Shown: positions 58,201 through 64,000 of the stretch, piece after piece
How the letters are laid out: each line of letters opens with the position of its first letter
How positions within the stretch are numbered: position 1 is the stretch's first letter
Assembly (NCBI RefSeq): GCF_009914755.1
Contig: NC_060929.1
Length of the DNA stretch: 64,000 bases
Direction: 5' to 3' (one strand)
Source: the human T2T-CHM13v2.0 reference genome, Homo sapiens
Position numbers and translations under genes: made by a program
Notes under the pieces: generated by a model
Seen by the model: only the letters and a program-made list of their open reading frames with translations
What the model was told of the DNA's origin: nothing
The model's database searches: none

Positions 58201-58301
58201 GAGAGAGAATGAATGATTGAACAATTTCTACCCAACAATTTTGTATATCGAACCACCAACATGTGTAAGACACAGAAGAGGAGTTTGGTCAGTGATAGGT
58301 A

Positions 58302-58650
58302 TGTAACCGCCCAGTGGGTTCATCTCGTCTGCTGCCCAGGGGAATGGAAATAGAGACAGAGTTTATACACGCAGAGCCTGCTGAACAGGAAACCGGAGTT
58401 TCATTATTGTGCACATCAGCCTCCCAGAAAATTTGGAGGCTAGGGTTTTTTGAAGATAGTTTAGGGGGCTAGGGTATGGGTGCTGCTGACTGGGTGGGGA
58501 TGCAATCGTAGGGGTGAGGAAAATGGTCCTCATGTACTGAGTCCACTTCTGGGTGGAGGCCTCAGGACTGGTTGAGTGGAGAGTCAAGGGTCCAGGTAGG
58601 GCCATCCAGTTGTCAGAAATGCAAAACTCTGAAAAGACATCTTAAAAGGC
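58302..58650. mobile_element. ERV1 (MER4-group) LTR fragment
   Basis: TGTAACCGCCCAGTGGGTTCATCT...ATCAGCCTCCCAGAAAATTTGGAGGCTAGGGTTTTT; family from memory. Confidence 0.55.
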
Positions 58651-58674
58651 CTGTCAGGCCCAAAACCCTAAATT

Positions 58675-59160
<486 letters not shown>

Positions 59161-59383
59161 CCAAACCCCAAGTTGTTAGGGGAAAACTAAACACCTAGTG
59201 AGACTGCAACAAAATGAGAACCAGAAATGTGGGTGTCCGATAATAGCAGGTTAGTCACCATAAGGAGAGGAAAAGCACATTATATGCAGTTGACTATAAG
59301 CACATTTTTGGGAAACCTATACATGGATACAAGATAATATTTACAAAAGCAATCACAAATATAAAGTCTCCAAGATAAGTCGT

Positions 59384-60022
59384 TGTGGTGTTATGATCTG
59401 TATTGATTTTCATCCACAGTTCCTGGTTCATAATCCCATAGCCCTAGTTACAGTGTTTTATTATAATGTTGGGTGAGTTGGGTCTCAGGAAACAAACTCT
59501 CCTGACCTCGTTTCACTTACTTCAAGGAAGAACTCTAATCTTCCCCCATCTTTTGGACTGTGGGTTTTAAGACCCTCCCCAGAAAGGGTCCTGTCCTATA
59601 TCATGGAGGAAGGAATGCTGACTGACATCATTAAGCTTCCATAAAAACCCAAGAGGACGAGGTTTGGAGAGCTTCCAAGTAGCTGAACATGTGGAGGTTC
59701 CCGGAGGGTAGCGTACCCAGGGAGGGCATGGAAACCCCGCATCCCTTCCCTTATACCTCACCCTACACATCTCTTCTTCTTTGGTTGGGAGAGGATGGCC
59801 AGTCTTGGGAACTGAGCCCTCACTCTGTGGTATCTGACACTATCTCCAGGTAGATAGTGTTGAAATTGAATTGGAGGACACCCAGCTGTTATCCATTGCT
59901 TGGTGTATGGGGAAAATCCCACACATTTATTTGGTCACAGAAGTCTTCTGCTGTGTTGGTGACTGTTGTGATGGTGTGAGAGCAGAAGAAAAACATGGTT
60001 TGAGAGAGGTTTTCCCTGCACA
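59384..60022. mobile_element. MER21-like LTR
   Basis: GAGCTTCC..GTAGCTGAACATGTGGAGGTTCC..GGAGGG..CCCAGGGAGGGCATGGAA; CTATCTCCAGGTAGATAGTGT..GAATTG. Confidence 0.7.
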
Positions 60023-60029
60023 GTTGTCA

Positions 60030-64000
<3,971 letters not shown>

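Overview
Primate (very probably human, DUSP1 locus) genomic DNA, repeat-dense. The only intact protein-coding gene is DUSP1/MKP-1 on the minus strand: 4 exons, CDS 21067->18877, 367 aa. It has a TATA/E-box/GC-box/2xCRE CpG-island promoter and an AU-rich 3'UTR, and about 42 kb of its upstream regulatory region is in the window. Other supported features are a full-length processed retrocopy of CCNQ/FAM58A (cyclin Q/M) disabled by one 2-bp deletion, an RNY1 Y-RNA retrocopy, a 26-nt tRNA-Glu 5'-fragment retrocopy, two solo LTR7 (HERV-H) LTRs in inverted orientation, about 35-40 Alus, and MST/MLT LTR, L1, L2, MIR and MER58 remnants plus microsatellites. The most unusual observations are: a 25-bp GC-rich inverted repeat and AT-rich palindromes lying between the DUSP1 3' end and the same-strand cyclin retrocopy; a telomeric-repeat patch that seems to replace a deleted L1 segment; repeated reuse of the same L1-endonuclease sites; and a recurrent GAACATTC motif upstream of DUSP1. 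All coordinates were read by eye. Repeat subfamily names come from recalled consensus sequences, not from a search.
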